Source of the DNA: Okamejei kenojei
Taxonomy: Eukaryota
NCBI GenBank assembly: GCA_035221665.1
Contig: CM069140.1
Location: forward strand, 68,882,001 to 68,946,000
Length of the DNA: 64,000 nucleotides
Direction: 5' to 3'
Under the pieces are notes generated by a model, which saw only the letters and a program-made list of their open reading frames with translations, was not told the DNA's origin and searched no databases. The translations under genes were made by a program, and so were the position numbers. Below, piece after piece: positions 29,101 to 38,700 of the stretch; the stretch's first letter is position 1, and each line of letters begins with the position of its first letter.

Positions 29101-32100
29101 ATGAATAGGCTGATGGGAATAGGTAAGGACCAAGCAAGCTCTATCCTCATTTCTGTCAAGGGGATGGGGAGAAAGAGTCAAACAGCAGGACTTGGAGGAA
29201 ACATGGGTGAGGGCTTCATCCACAACAACGAGGAAACCACGTTTACCGAAGAAAGAGGCCATCTCGGATATCCAAAAGTGACAAGCCTCATCTTGGAAGC
29301 GGATGCGGTGGAGAAGGAGAAATTGAGAGTAAAGGATTGTGTCTTCGATCAAGGTGGGGAGGGGGTTAGTCAAGGTTGCTGAGGGAGTCAGTGGATAATC
29401 TGCCCTCTTGTGATGGAGCCTGAGAGAGATTGAGAAAAGGGAGAGTGGTGTCAGAGAGTTGCAGAGGAAAAGTTGGGGAATGGTGTTGGGGTACATTTGG
29501 AACAAGGAGTGTTCAATGTAACCAATAAAAAGACGGGCAAGGTGAGAGGAGTCAAAAGAGAGATTGTTAAGGGTGAGGACAAGTTCAGCCAGTGGGTGGA
29601 GAGGGTGAATTGAGGTGTACTGATTTGGTCTCTGATCAAGGAAGAAACATGGGTCCCCGAGGCCTTCCTGGTGGGGAATGAAGATGTAGAGGGACAGGAT
29701 GTCCAAGCTCAAGATGAGGCAATGGAGGCTTAAGAATTGGAAGTCGTTGAAGTAGCGAAGAGCATGCAAAGTGTCTTGGATGTAGTTCGGAAGGAACTGC
29801 ACGAGGTACAATATGGAATCGAGATATTTGGAAACAGTTTTGGGAAATCCGCAGTTAACTAGTCAGATACGAACAACGGAAGAGAAAGTTCTGATTTTTT
29901 TGGCAGCACTGTTGGTAATTTCCAACTTCCATGAGCCCATCTCTTTTAGTTATTAAATAATTACATCTCAATAGCACATTTCAGTTTTAGAGTATCCCAA
30001 AGTGTTGGGAACCAATGAAGGTATTTTAAAATGTAATCACTATAGAATAAGTGATAATCTATTTGTGCACAGCAAACAGATTTCTGGTGATAAGTAGAAA
30101 AAAATGAAATCCTGATGATAAATAGGGAAGAATAAGTTGCCAAGTAAAGTTGTTGAACCTGGAATTGACAATTTGATGTCTCTTGGTATTAGGGTCATGG
30201 AATCACTGAATCTTCTGAGGTACCTTGTAATCAGGGATAATGAATTGGAGAATCAAGTAAGTATTTGGAAAATGAAAAATATTTTGCATATTCCTGTCGT
30301 TTTTGTACATTGATTGATACAGCTAGGAAACAAGCTCTTCGGCTCACTGTGTTATCCCATTTTCACATTCATCCCTTACACAATTGGGGCAATATAAGGA
30401 GGCCAATTAACCTACAAAGCAGGCACGTGCCGTAAGTAATTAGTCAGGGTAGGCAGTGGCTTTTTAAAAATCTTGAAAACCGCGCATGCACAGATTATTC
30501 TCTGTGAGCTGTCAGTCGGCTTTAAAAAAACTTGGAAACCGCGCGTGCGCAGTTCTCTCGACTTTTATCTTCAATAGGTCCTATCTCTTAATAACGTATT
30601 TAAAAACATAGAACTCAAAGAAATTTACTTACCATATTATTTGTACACAAATTACATTCTTCTCTCTGTTTGTACCAAGCTGTTTTAAATGTTCTAATTA
30701 TTTTTGTTCCTTTGTGCTGTTGAAGTTTAAGTTCTGGCCTTGATCTGCCATTTCCAATTATTTGGGTATTTTCCTCGTAAGTTTGCTTTGAGAAACTCTT
30801 CAGGTAACTCTTAAGGTCCCACATAGGAGATTAGTGGAAATTAGGGCACATGGTATTGGGGTTGGAGTGCTGACATGGATAGAAAATTGGTTGGCAGACA
30901 GGAAACAGAGAGTGGGGATTAACGAGTCCCTTTCAGAATGGCAGGCAGTGACTAGTGGGGCACCGCAAGGCTCAGTGCTGGGACCGCAGCTATTTACAAT
31001 ATACATCAATGATTTGGATGAAGGGATCCAAAATAACATTAGCAAATTTGCAGATGACGCAAAGCTGGGTGGCAGTGTGAACTCTGTGGATGCTATGAGA
31101 ATGCAGAGTGACTTGGACAGGTTGGGGGAGTGGGCGGGTGCATGGCAGATGACTTTTAATATGGCGAAATGTGAGGTTATCCACTTTGGTAGCAAAAACA
31201 GGAAGGCAGATTACTATCTAAATGGCGACAAGTTGGGAAAAGGGGAAGTACAGCGGGATCTGGGGGTCCTTGTTCATCAGTCTATGAAAGTAAGCATGCA
31301 GGTGCAGCAGGTAGTGAGGAAAGCGAATGGCATGTTGGCTTTTATAACAAGAGGAATTGAGTATAGGAGCAAAGAGGTCCTCCTGTAGTGAGACCACACC
31401 TGGAATATTGTGTGCAATTTTGGTCCCCTAATTTAAGGAAGGACATTCTTGCTATTGAGGGAGTGCAGTGTAGGTTTACAAGGTTAATTACCGGGATGGC
31501 AGGACTGTCATATGCTGAGAGAATGAAGCAGCTGGGCTTGTACACGCTGGAGTTTAGAAGGATGAGAGGGAATCTTATTGAAACATATAAGATTGTTACG
31601 GGTTTGGACACGCTGGAGGCAGGAAACATGTTCCCGATGTTGGGGGAGTCCAGAACCAGGGGGCACAGTTTAAGAATAAGGGGCAAGCCATTTAGAACGG
31701 AGACGAGGAAACACTTTTTCGCACAGAGAGTTGTGAGTGTGTGGAATTCTCTGCCCCAGAGGGCGGTGGGGGCAGGTTCTCTGGATGCTTTCAAGAGAGA
31801 GCTGGATAGGCCTCTTAAAGATAGCAGAGTCAGGGGATATGGTGAAAAGGCAGGAACGAGGTACTGATTGGGGATGATCAGCCATGATCAAATTGAATGG
31901 CGGTGCTGGCTCGAATGGCCTACTCCTGCACCTATTGTCTATTGTAATCTCTATCCATCTTTGAAAAACCTGCCAAGAAACTTGCGCATGCATATGCACA
32001 GTAGGCTGCTGCGCATGCGCAGTAGGGTGGTGCGCATGCGCAGCGTGCAGCGCAGCACATGCACGCAGTCCACAGTGTAAAGGCAGAATTTCAGCTGCCT

Positions 32101-34048
32101 TTACGGACCGTTCTCACTGATACCTTGCCTACCCTGACGGCACGTGCCTGCTACAAACTCACATGTCTTTGGGATTTAAGGGGGAAACCGGAGCACCAGG
32201 AGGAAACCCACATGGTCACAGGTAGAACATGCAAACTCCACAGGACAGCGGTTAGGATCAAACCTGGGTCTCTAATGCTGTGAGGCAGCAGGTCTCCCTA
32301 ATTCATCATCTAATTGCGTTGTTGTGATGCTGAGTGCCTCCAATCCGAGATCTGATATATTGTGCCCAATGCATGGAGAGGTTTAAGGGATTGCAGTATT
32401 TTGGGTTGTGGAGAGTTATTATTACAACAGTGGTCAAATTGACCAGCTGGCCAGCAGAAAATCCAGGGATGGGTGCTCACTGGATATCAAGACTGGATCG
32501 GAGCCCAACTATTGAGCGCAAAAAGGTCAGGATTGGTGTTGGTTGGTTGACATGATAGTTTGTCATTAAGCCTGAAAGCATGCAGAGAAGATTTATGTTG
32601 CCAGGACTCAGAGGCCTGAGCTATAGGGAGCGAATGAGCAAGCTAGGACTTTATTCCCAGGAACTCAGGAGGCTGAGGGATGATCTAACAGAAGTGTCTA
32701 ATATCATGAGGTGAATTGATAGGGTTAATGGCCAGAGTCTTTTATAGGGAGTACAGTATAAAGAACCAAGGTTTAAGGTGAGAGGGGCAACCTCTGCAGT
32801 CAGAGGGTGGTGGGTAAATGGAACAACCAGCCAGAGGAGATAGTTATGGCAGGTCAGATAACAGCAATTAAATGACAATTGGGTAGGTACATAGTTAAGA
32901 AAGGTTTAGAGGCATGTGGGCCAAACATGAGCAAATAGATGTAGCATCTTGGTCAACATGGACAAGTTGGACTGAAGGGCCTGTGTCTGTGCTGTATGAC
33001 TCTACTTAGGAAGGACGGTGTCAATCACCAAATGCAGAAGCAAGGTGTATCGGCAGAGACGAATGGAGCATGCCTGCTTTTCTTAAAATAGGATTTCTCA
33101 AAAAGGCAACTGAATCCAGATGCCAGATTTCCATTAAATTTCCATTAAATCAGACCCCCTACTGCACACTTAAATATGATAATGAATATATTTTCCTCTC
33201 CATCAACTGACACACACAAAAACACACATGTAAAATCATGGTTATATTACTTCCCTCTTTCAATTCTAGCATTCTTTATTCCGCCAGACTAGTTATTCAA
33301 TTTTAAATCTTTCACAGACTGGATTATGGACTGATCTTTTCTGGATTGAAAAGTTTCTGAAGCCACTGCGAACTGGTTTGAATATGTCCAAGGCTCATTA
33401 TGAAGCAGAGATCAGAAACAAAAAGGATAATCGGAAAATTAAAGGTTTGTTTTATTTTATGTTTCGCTGTAATAAATTCATTTGTTAGCATTAATTAGAA
33501 ATCATACATCCTATTCGACATTCCAAATCAAAATACTACAGTGAAACACAGTGACAAGATTATCAAATTAATGTTTCTGCAGAACAAAAACATTTTCCTA
33601 GTTAAGCAATGAGGAAAAACTATTTTTGACAAATTGCAGGTTGAAAGCAATACTGGAAACCAGTATAATTTGATAAATACAGTTTTTATACAGGGTAGCG
33701 AAAGATAACTTAATTAATTTCATTTTAATAATTTCAGATGCTTCTAATCATGAAACACGGTGTTCCTTGACAGTTGGTGGTAAAACGTTACCAAAAATGA
33801 CGAATGCTATGCAACTGGAGGTAAACATCTTGATTCTTGAATTTGTTTTACTTGTATCACCTTTAATGTATGTTTTACATCAATTTAATCATAATGCTAC
33901 ATTATTTCACACAGTTAACTTGTCATTTCAGGTTCTGCAGTCAGCTATCTACACATTTGATGTCATGGAGAGTATACAGGCCCGAATAGAAGAGCTGATG
34001 GAGTTAAAAATGAAATCCGGAACGGAGACTAAAAATGTGAACTTTTAG
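2012..34048 (+). CDS. GLMN: Glomulin (RBX1/CRL inhibitor, FKBP-associated protein); 17 coding exons, 1773 nt = 590 aa + stop; short first coding exon not found in window
   Basis: Joined exons give one open frame with all GT-AG introns. Peptides such as MGWNLLGPVV, NPKELLLGLLE, IIQNIKNQID, LPEGAETDLLQN, SLNLLRYLVI and GLNMSKAHYEAEI match human glomulin as recalled. Confidence 0.97.
3425..3544 (+). CDS. GLMN: GLMN coding exon (DFVICMGWNLLGPVV...RVIE)
   Basis: acag|GAC...GAG|gtaaga, 120 nt. Confidence 0.95.
4796..4904 (+). CDS. GLMN: GLMN coding exon (ISNPKELLLGLLEQIE...LQPLQA)
   Basis: tgcag|ATA...GCAG|gtaatt, 109 nt. Confidence 0.95.
6106..6352 (+). CDS. GLMN: GLMN coding exon (LLKMKHK...ELKEELLK)
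   Basis: cccag|TG...AAATT|gtaggt, 247 nt; overlaps ORF 6063..6356. Confidence 0.93.
6455..6557 (+). CDS. GLMN: GLMN coding exon (FMKILEYPLLTAQL...FAAEIV)
   Basis: atag|C...GTA|gtaagt, 103 nt. Confidence 0.93.
7296..7486 (+). CDS. GLMN: GLMN coding exon (VYLVAIGE...SLASLAYLLFVQ...PAVY)
   Basis: tgtag|GTT...ACAG|gtatgt, 191 nt. Confidence 0.93.
8658..10385 (-). mobile_element. CR1 (HER1-like) LINE 3' fragment, interrupted by a second CR1
   Basis: (TTTCTATG)n-type tail; ORF 9802..10293 contains RPHLEYCVQFW (CR1 RT C-terminus). Confidence 0.9.
8914..9698 (-). mobile_element. Nested CR1 3' fragment of a different subfamily
   Basis: (TTATATGG)n tail; LYKALVRPILEYGVQFWSP...[14 protein letters not shown]; host CR1 resumes at about 9699. 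Confidence 0.88.
10713..10766 (+). CDS. GLMN: GLMN coding exon (PRYLLQVNLEYISALIS)
   Basis: tgcag|C...AA|gtaagt, 54 nt. Confidence 0.9.
12906..13681 (-). mobile_element. Internal Penelope RT fragment inserted into L1 ORF2
   Basis: [12 protein letters not shown] and [12 protein letters not shown] motifs; TSD CAAAGAA (12899-12905, 13682-13688); near-identical to ~43072-43838. Confidence 0.88.
16203..16540 (-). mobile_element. CR1 3' fragment nested in the L1 inter-ORF region
   Basis: ACATAGAAACATAGAAA tail; same subfamily as the element at 8658. Confidence 0.87.
18569..18599 (+). CDS. GLMN: GLMN coding micro-exon (TEESMLSKGL)
   Basis: cttag|G...TTA|gtaagt, 31 nt. Confidence 0.9.
18790..18879 (+). 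CDS. GLMN: GLMN coding exon (ELYEHCLLAIEDN...GVPQ)
   Basis: ttcag|GAA...CAG|gtaatt, 90 nt. Confidence 0.94.
18993..19034 (+). CDS. GLMN: GLMN coding exon (ELVKVMTLCPFEHM)
   Basis: tgtag|GAG...ATG|gtatgt, 42 nt. Confidence 0.94.
19250..20260 (+). mobile_element. Old, highly decayed CR1 ORF2 remnant
   Basis: Degenerate CR1-like segments such as GATTGGAAAATAGCAAATGTTACACACCTATTTACAAA; no open frame. Confidence 0.5.
20355..20848 (+). mobile_element. CR1 ORF1 esterase (SGNH-like) fragment
   Basis: Translates as RAIVVGDSIVRG...VCCLPGARV...VVVHVGTND...FIDHWDLFWGRGDLYKRDGLHLN, with an internal stop. Confidence 0.85.
20850..20946 (+). mobile_element. Tc1-like transposon terminal inverted repeat remnant
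   Basis: Ends ...AAGGGGTATGAAAACTTTTGCAAGCCACTG, a typical fish Tc1 TIR. Confidence 0.7.
21516..21655. other. Assembly gap (140 N)
   Basis: Run of N. Confidence 1.
22140..22352 (+). mobile_element. tRNA-derived V-SINE (HE1-like)
   Basis: B-box GTTCGATCC followed by a V-domain-like TGTCTGTGT...GGTTTCCTCCCACATCCCAAAGAC. Confidence 0.7.
22353..23480 (-). mobile_element. Tandem Penelope 3' fragments (GIY-YIG end and pseudo-LTRs)
   Basis: [12 protein letters not shown] and GETKRRLG...QHL motifs; hammerhead-like cores at 22416-22443 (intact) and 23101-23128 (mutated). Confidence 0.88.
23490..23849. mobile_element. Probable non-autonomous hAT-like DNA transposon end
   Basis: Ends ...AAGTTAAGCGAGAGCCCTG (CAGGG terminus); partner TIR not seen. 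Confidence 0.45.
24431..24504 (+). CDS. GLMN: GLMN coding exon (RKWSLKIFQQNIDKFDSEGKYKLF)
   Basis: tgtag|CGG...TAG|gtgagt, 74 nt. Confidence 0.94.
24625..24890 (+). mobile_element. CR1 3' end fragment
   Basis: AATAAGGGGTAGGCCATTTAGGACAGAGATGAGG...GGCTCGAAGGGCCGAATGGCC stem-loop. Confidence 0.82.
26194..26278 (+). CDS. GLMN: GLMN coding exon (CLLKTTHHAGVQGYIIQNIKNQIDLALK)
   Basis: ttcag|G...AAG|gtaagc, 85 nt. Confidence 0.95.
26988..27262 (+). mobile_element. tRNA-derived V-SINE (HE1-like)
   Basis: A-box-like TGGCACAGGTGG; GGGTTTCCTCCCATATCCCAAA core; CR1-like tail ending (CTAAA)n. Confidence 0.7.
27559..27668 (+). CDS. GLMN: GLMN coding exon (VSNGNTWFSG...LPEGAETDLLQNTD)
   Basis: tctag|GTC...ACAG|gtaagt, 110 nt. 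Confidence 0.95.
27921..28668 (-). mobile_element. CR1 3' fragment
   Basis: ACATAGAAACATAGAAA tail; PHLEYCVQIWSP and [12 protein letters not shown]. Confidence 0.9.
28680..29820 (-). mobile_element. Older Penelope RT fragment containing a fold-back mini-PLE (28842-28992)
   Basis: ORF 29038..29811 has [10 protein letters not shown] and ILYSQFL; direct repeat GAGTTGCAGAGAGAGTG at 28825 and 28993 flanks the mini insert. Confidence 0.82.
30193..30256 (+). CDS. GLMN: GLMN coding exon (VMESLNLLRYLVIRDNELENQ)
   Basis: attag|G...CAA|gtaagt, 64 nt. Confidence 0.95.
30420..32150. mobile_element. Non-autonomous hAT-type DNA transposon inserted in a V-SINE and carrying a CR1
   Basis: TIR CAGGCACGTGCCGTCAGGGTAGGCA (left copy has an 11-bp insert); 8-bp TSD CTACAAAG/CTACAAAC; SINE halves at ~30315-30419 and 32151-32295. 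Confidence 0.8.
30813..31945 (+). mobile_element. CR1 3' fragment (RT C-terminal half)
   Basis: PQGSVLGPQLFTIYINDLD, ISKFADD, RPHLEYCVQFWSP; 3' stem-loop. Confidence 0.93.
32570..33005 (+). mobile_element. Decayed CR1 3' fragment
   Basis: GCAGAGAAGATTT...AGGAGGCTGAGGGATGATCT...GAAGGGCCTGTGTCTGTGCTGTATGACTCTA. Confidence 0.78.
33318..33444 (+). CDS. GLMN: GLMN coding exon (TGLWTDL...GLNMSKAHYEAEI...KIK)
   Basis: cacag|ACT...AAAG|gtttgt, 127 nt. Confidence 0.93.
33738..33820 (+). CDS. GLMN: GLMN coding exon (ASNHETRCSLTVGG...MQLE)
   Basis: ttcag|AT...GAG|gtaaac, 83 nt. Confidence 0.92.
33932..34048 (+). CDS. GLMN: GLMN last coding exon (VLQSAIYTFDVMESIQARIEELMEL...NVNF*)
   Basis: ttcag|GTT...TAG stop, 117 nt. 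Confidence 0.95.
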   Translation, partial: VLQSAIYTFDVMESIQARIEELMELKMKSGTETKNVNF

Positions 34049-34474
34049 ATTTACAAGGGAAAAGTGTGGAGACTATGCAAATATAATGTTTGATCTTTTA
34101 TTCCAAACATACCGTTCTTCCTGGAGGGATTCATTTTGTATACTATTATTTAAGTTGTTCAAATCAGTCTGTATATGATTTTTTTCAAATATTTGTATTG
34201 TGAAGCAGATGTACTGAACCTGCTCTCCCAGAAAAAATGATGTTGTATCATCTCAATGCAGTTCTACACATGACAAGAAAAAACCCTCCATTTTCAATGT
34301 ATTACTTTGGTTTCGAATGATTGTACCATACATTTGGAGTTTGTTAAATCAGTGGGGACATAAGAAAAATGGCAGATGAACTTTTAGAAAATGCTTTTCA
34401 TGCAGTGTGTCAGTATCAGTTAGGGGAGAAAAATATTTTTCTTACTCAAGTTATTTCAAAATACACTAAAAAGC

Positions 34475-34480
34475 AATAAA
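34475..34480 (+). terminator. Candidate GLMN polyadenylation signal AATAAA
   Basis: AATAAA about 430 nt downstream of the stop codon; no transcript evidence. Confidence 0.45.
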
Positions 34481-35530
34481 ATATGTATATAGTTCTCGCC
34501 ATTCTGTAAGTGCATCACTGTTATTTCATGTTACTGACAATGCAATTTTAATTGGCCTTTGATTAAGACCTACAGGTTTTGGTAGTTCACACCACACACT
34601 GAGTGATACAAGATCTGCAGTTTATGTCCATTATATATTGTCTTCATATACCATGAAAGCTAATAGTTCCAAAGCTTACCGAGTATGGAGCAGGGATATG
34701 AGCTTGTACCATTAATGTTCCATCTTGCTAAATACCAAATTATTGCTGTGCTGCACCAAGTTTCTGAGTAAAGTCAAACAATTTACATCAAGAGGAAAAC
34801 ATAGCTATAGAATCTGTTTCTGTTTATTTCTCATGAGAATATTCTCATATTTTCATATAATTATCAATGCCTCTTTTATCAATATCTCTTTTACTATGTT
34901 CTTTTTTTTAAAATCAGTTTTACCGACACTGTCTTTTAGTTCTAATTCTGTCTTTACTCTGTGGATAGTTACAGGTGAACCGATTTAACTGTCCTAATGT
35001 CTGTCATTCATTTTCATTCACTAATGGGTTTTATTTTGTCTCAATGGTGATTGAAGTATCTTGCACGCTGGACAAGCTAGCTTTGGAAAGCTCCAACATG
35101 GAATAAACAACACCTGCTCACTTCTTGAACTTGCTATGTAGAAACTGGGCAACCATCCCAACTAGTATCAGCCAGTGTTTCTACTCCACACAAGTCTGGA
35201 AAAGTTATTTGCTATCATCCTGCAAATTGTTTTTATAGTATTATCACATTTTTTAACTATTAAGTATTGTGCCTTTCGTACTTTTAAATGCAGGTCAATT
35301 ATAAATCTGGCCACATTTTACATTGGTAATTCCGAATACAAGTAAATTAGGTACTGATCTACATCTTATGTTATGGAAACCTTGTAAATGTTCTGCCTGT
35401 AAATGAGCAAATGTTCTGCCTGTAAATGAGCAAATTATTATCTAGCTTTTTTAAAGGCTAACATATTTCAATTGGAAGAATATTATGAATGAAATACAGT
35501 CTGAATCAATATTAATTTTTCAACAAACAT

Positions 35531-35536
35531 TTTATT
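35531..35536 (-). terminator. Candidate C1orf146 polyadenylation signal AATAAA
   Basis: TTTATT on the + strand about 60 nt past the stop codon. Confidence 0.5.
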
Positions 35537-35598
35537 TTCAACTATCTTAATCAATCATGTTGTTCAAAAACATACTTTTGAAACTATTACAACTTATT

Positions 35599-35721
35599 TC
35601 ACTGGAGAAAGTTTAGCTGTCGCTTGTGTAGCATTTCCCAGACAGGGCTACGTTCAATAATCTGAGCTCGGCTCATGGCGATACGATCACGAACACTGTC
35701 CGCGTGTGGTTTGCACGTTAC
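35599..35721 (-). CDS. C1orf146: C1orf146 last coding exon ([14 protein letters not shown]...[13 protein letters not shown]...FLQ*)
   Basis: tgaag|GTA...TGA, 123 nt. Confidence 0.92.
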   Translation of the reverse strand, partial: VTCKPHADSVRDRIAMSRAQIIERSPVWEMLHKRQLNFLQ

Positions 35722-38700
35722 CTTCATAAGGAATACATACTTGAATCACTAACCATGTTTGAAACATTGCACAAGCAACATTACTACAGATCCATAATAC
35801 GCAACAGCTAACAGTAATGTAAGTCCTCATACAAAAATAAAGTTTGAAATCTCACTGCTAAAATGCTCTAATTGGTAAGTTCAATTAAGCTTTTATACAA
35901 ATAACACTTCTATTGTTATCACCATCAGGTCAGTACTACAGTAATCTTTAGAAAAGGTAATTAAAGGAGCTGCCTCATTTTGCATGTTTTGGAGCATTAA
36001 TATATAAGACTCAAAAGTTCAATTAGATTTTAGTTGTTAAAAGTATACTTACCTTGGCTAAAGTGAGCATGCTCTTGACTATATCACCGGTATTGTGTGA
36101 AGGTATGATTTTCAGATTATTACCTAGAAATCTAAAAATAATCCATATATAATGCAATAGTTCAGTGTTAGTCAAAAGAAATCAATGATACACAATACAT
36201 AGTTGAGTTATTTGTAGAAATAGATTAGCTTTTGTAATACTGGGAGTGGCGGCACTGCCCTGGCAGCAGCGGCTCGCCTGCAGTCCGTCTGTTTTTCTTT
36301 TTATTTGTTGTTTTCTTGTCTTGTTTTTTAGCGTTAGTTTGTTATTATGTAGTGTATGTGTGTGGGAGGGGTGGGAGAAACGTTCTTTGTCTCTTCCTTT
36401 TGGGGGGACGCGGCTTTTCTTGTCGTATCCTCCGTCTCCTTCTGCGCTGAGGCCTATCGCGGAGCTGGCGGTTTCCAACTTTAACTGCGACTGACCAGAG
36501 GCTCCGGAGGTAGAGCCAGCCAGGACTTACCAGCGCGGGGCTGGCCGACTTCGGGGCTGCGGCGGGTTCAGGCGTTCCATGGCCCGACTCGGAGCTGTGG
36601 CGGCTTTCCGGTGGTGGCGGCGGCGGCGACTCCCGAGGTTCGGCCGCGGGCACAGTGGACGACATCGTCAGGCGCTCGCAGGTCACAGGTTGGTGACCTG
36701 TTTTTCCGGTGCTCCCGCGGCAACATCTGTGTCCGCTGGACTGGAGGGTGGCAGTTTCGGCAGCTTCGACCGCCCCGGGCCGCGGAGTTGAACCGGCCCG
36801 CTCGCAGAGCATGGTTCAGATGCAGGACTGACTTACATCACCCGGTGCGGTCACAACATCGGAGGCCTGGGTCGCCTCAGCGCTGAGGAAGAGGAAGAGG
36901 AAGAAGAGAAGAGACAAAGACAAGATTTTTGCCTTCCACCACAGTGAGGAGGTGTCTGGTGAACTCACTGTGGTGGATGTTAAATATGTGTTTATTGTGT
37001 GTTTTTGTTATTTTTATTATATGTATGACTGCAGGCAACGAAATTTCGTTCAGACCGCAAGGTCTGAATGACAATTAAGTTTTCCAAGTCCAAGTTCCAA
37101 GTAATAATCTCTTGATGCTGTTATTTTTGGATCATTTTTGTTCTTGAGTAATGCAGCGTTAGCTTGCTACAGTTGGTGGTACTTACTTGCCCATGTCTGC
37201 ATGACTGTTGCTGTCTGTTAGTTGAGATAGTAAGCAGAATCTAAAAGTTCTCATGCTATTAGAAGATGAACAGCATTCAAAGATGCATCTTGATCCGCTG
37301 AATTACTCCAGCACTTTTTTTTGTTTCAACAATAACCTGTCTCTCACTACCACCAAAAACTTTGATTTACCGTTTACAGAACCTTTTAGTTGACGAATGA
37401 TAACCTTGTTTAAACAACTGTAAATTTCAAATATAACATTCCCTTCTCGCCCCCTCTCTCTTGCCCCCCCCTCCCCCCCCCCCCCCCCCCCCATCTCTGC
37501 ATAATGGCAAACCACTACTGTATTTTCATCTCTGTTTCTTGAGCTTGGGCTATAGACAAAAATCTAGCTTCTTCCAGCTAGATGCCAAATTCCAAAGATG
37601 AACTTTTCTAAGTTTATCCAATGTTAGACCAAATGTTTTGTCAGTTACACAGAAAAAAGATGCAGCCATCATTCGTAGCTTTACACTGCAATCGTTCTCT
37701 TGCCCTCTCATCGTGAGTGTAGTAGATGGAGACTGGAAATTCTTTCCTTTATAAAGCTTTTCCAAAAAGGTAATATATTTGGCATGACAAACAACACTGA
37801 TTTACACACCAAAAGACAAAGATTTCTGCTTAAGGTCAGCTAAAACATTTTAATTTCTGCAATTTATTGCGATATGCTCTCCAAATGTTATTTGAAAATC
37901 AAATAGTTTTGTGTTATTTATAAAACTTCCTTTAATGGCGAAAACCTGTACCATTAATATAACCAGTAAGATTTCTTTTTGCTAGCATATTCTCAATTTA
38001 ACGAGAATTTCATTAGATCATGAATAACCTTTAGATATGTAAATAGTAAAGTTCTCAAATAACTAATTTCCATAGTAAGTACCTTAGCTGAATTTTAAAT
38101 AGTACATCCCACTCTTTCTGACCATACAGGCCTGCAGTCAAAATCAGGAAACTGTTTCGATGAATGCGGACAAACTGCTCAATGCGTTCCATCAGCTTTG
38201 TTTCTGTAGAATTATCACAGAAATCTTGAGTCCCTATAATAATAAATGCGACACCTGTGAAAATGAAAAAAGGTGCCTTATATTACAAAAAATTAGTGTT
38301 TCCAAAATGGGAAAAATCTGAGTAAATCATGTATATTTTGTCAGCATCTAGAACATAGAACAGTGCAGCACGAGAACTGGCCATTCAGCCCACAATGTCC
38401 ATGCCGACCATGATGCCAAGTTAAATTAATTCCGTCTGCCTGCATGTGATCAATATCCCTTCATTCTCTGCATATCCATGTGCCAATCTAACAGCCACTT
38501 AAATGCCACTCTCATATCTGCCACCACCACTGTAAAAAAACATGTCTAACAAATCTTTAAATTTTGCCCCTCTCATCTTGTCTGACATCTAATAAACATT
38601 TCGAAGAATTCAAGCTTAAAGATCATTTGCCTATTTTGTACACGAGGAATATCAGCAGAATAATATAAATACAGGATATTCATGGCATTTATAGATGAGA

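Noticed and set aside
35386-35435. 23-bp tandem duplication
   Set aside because: Ordinary slippage duplication.
37465-37492. Poly-C tract (poly-G also at ~62393-62412)
   Set aside because: Homopolymer lengths are unreliable and there is no functional evidence.
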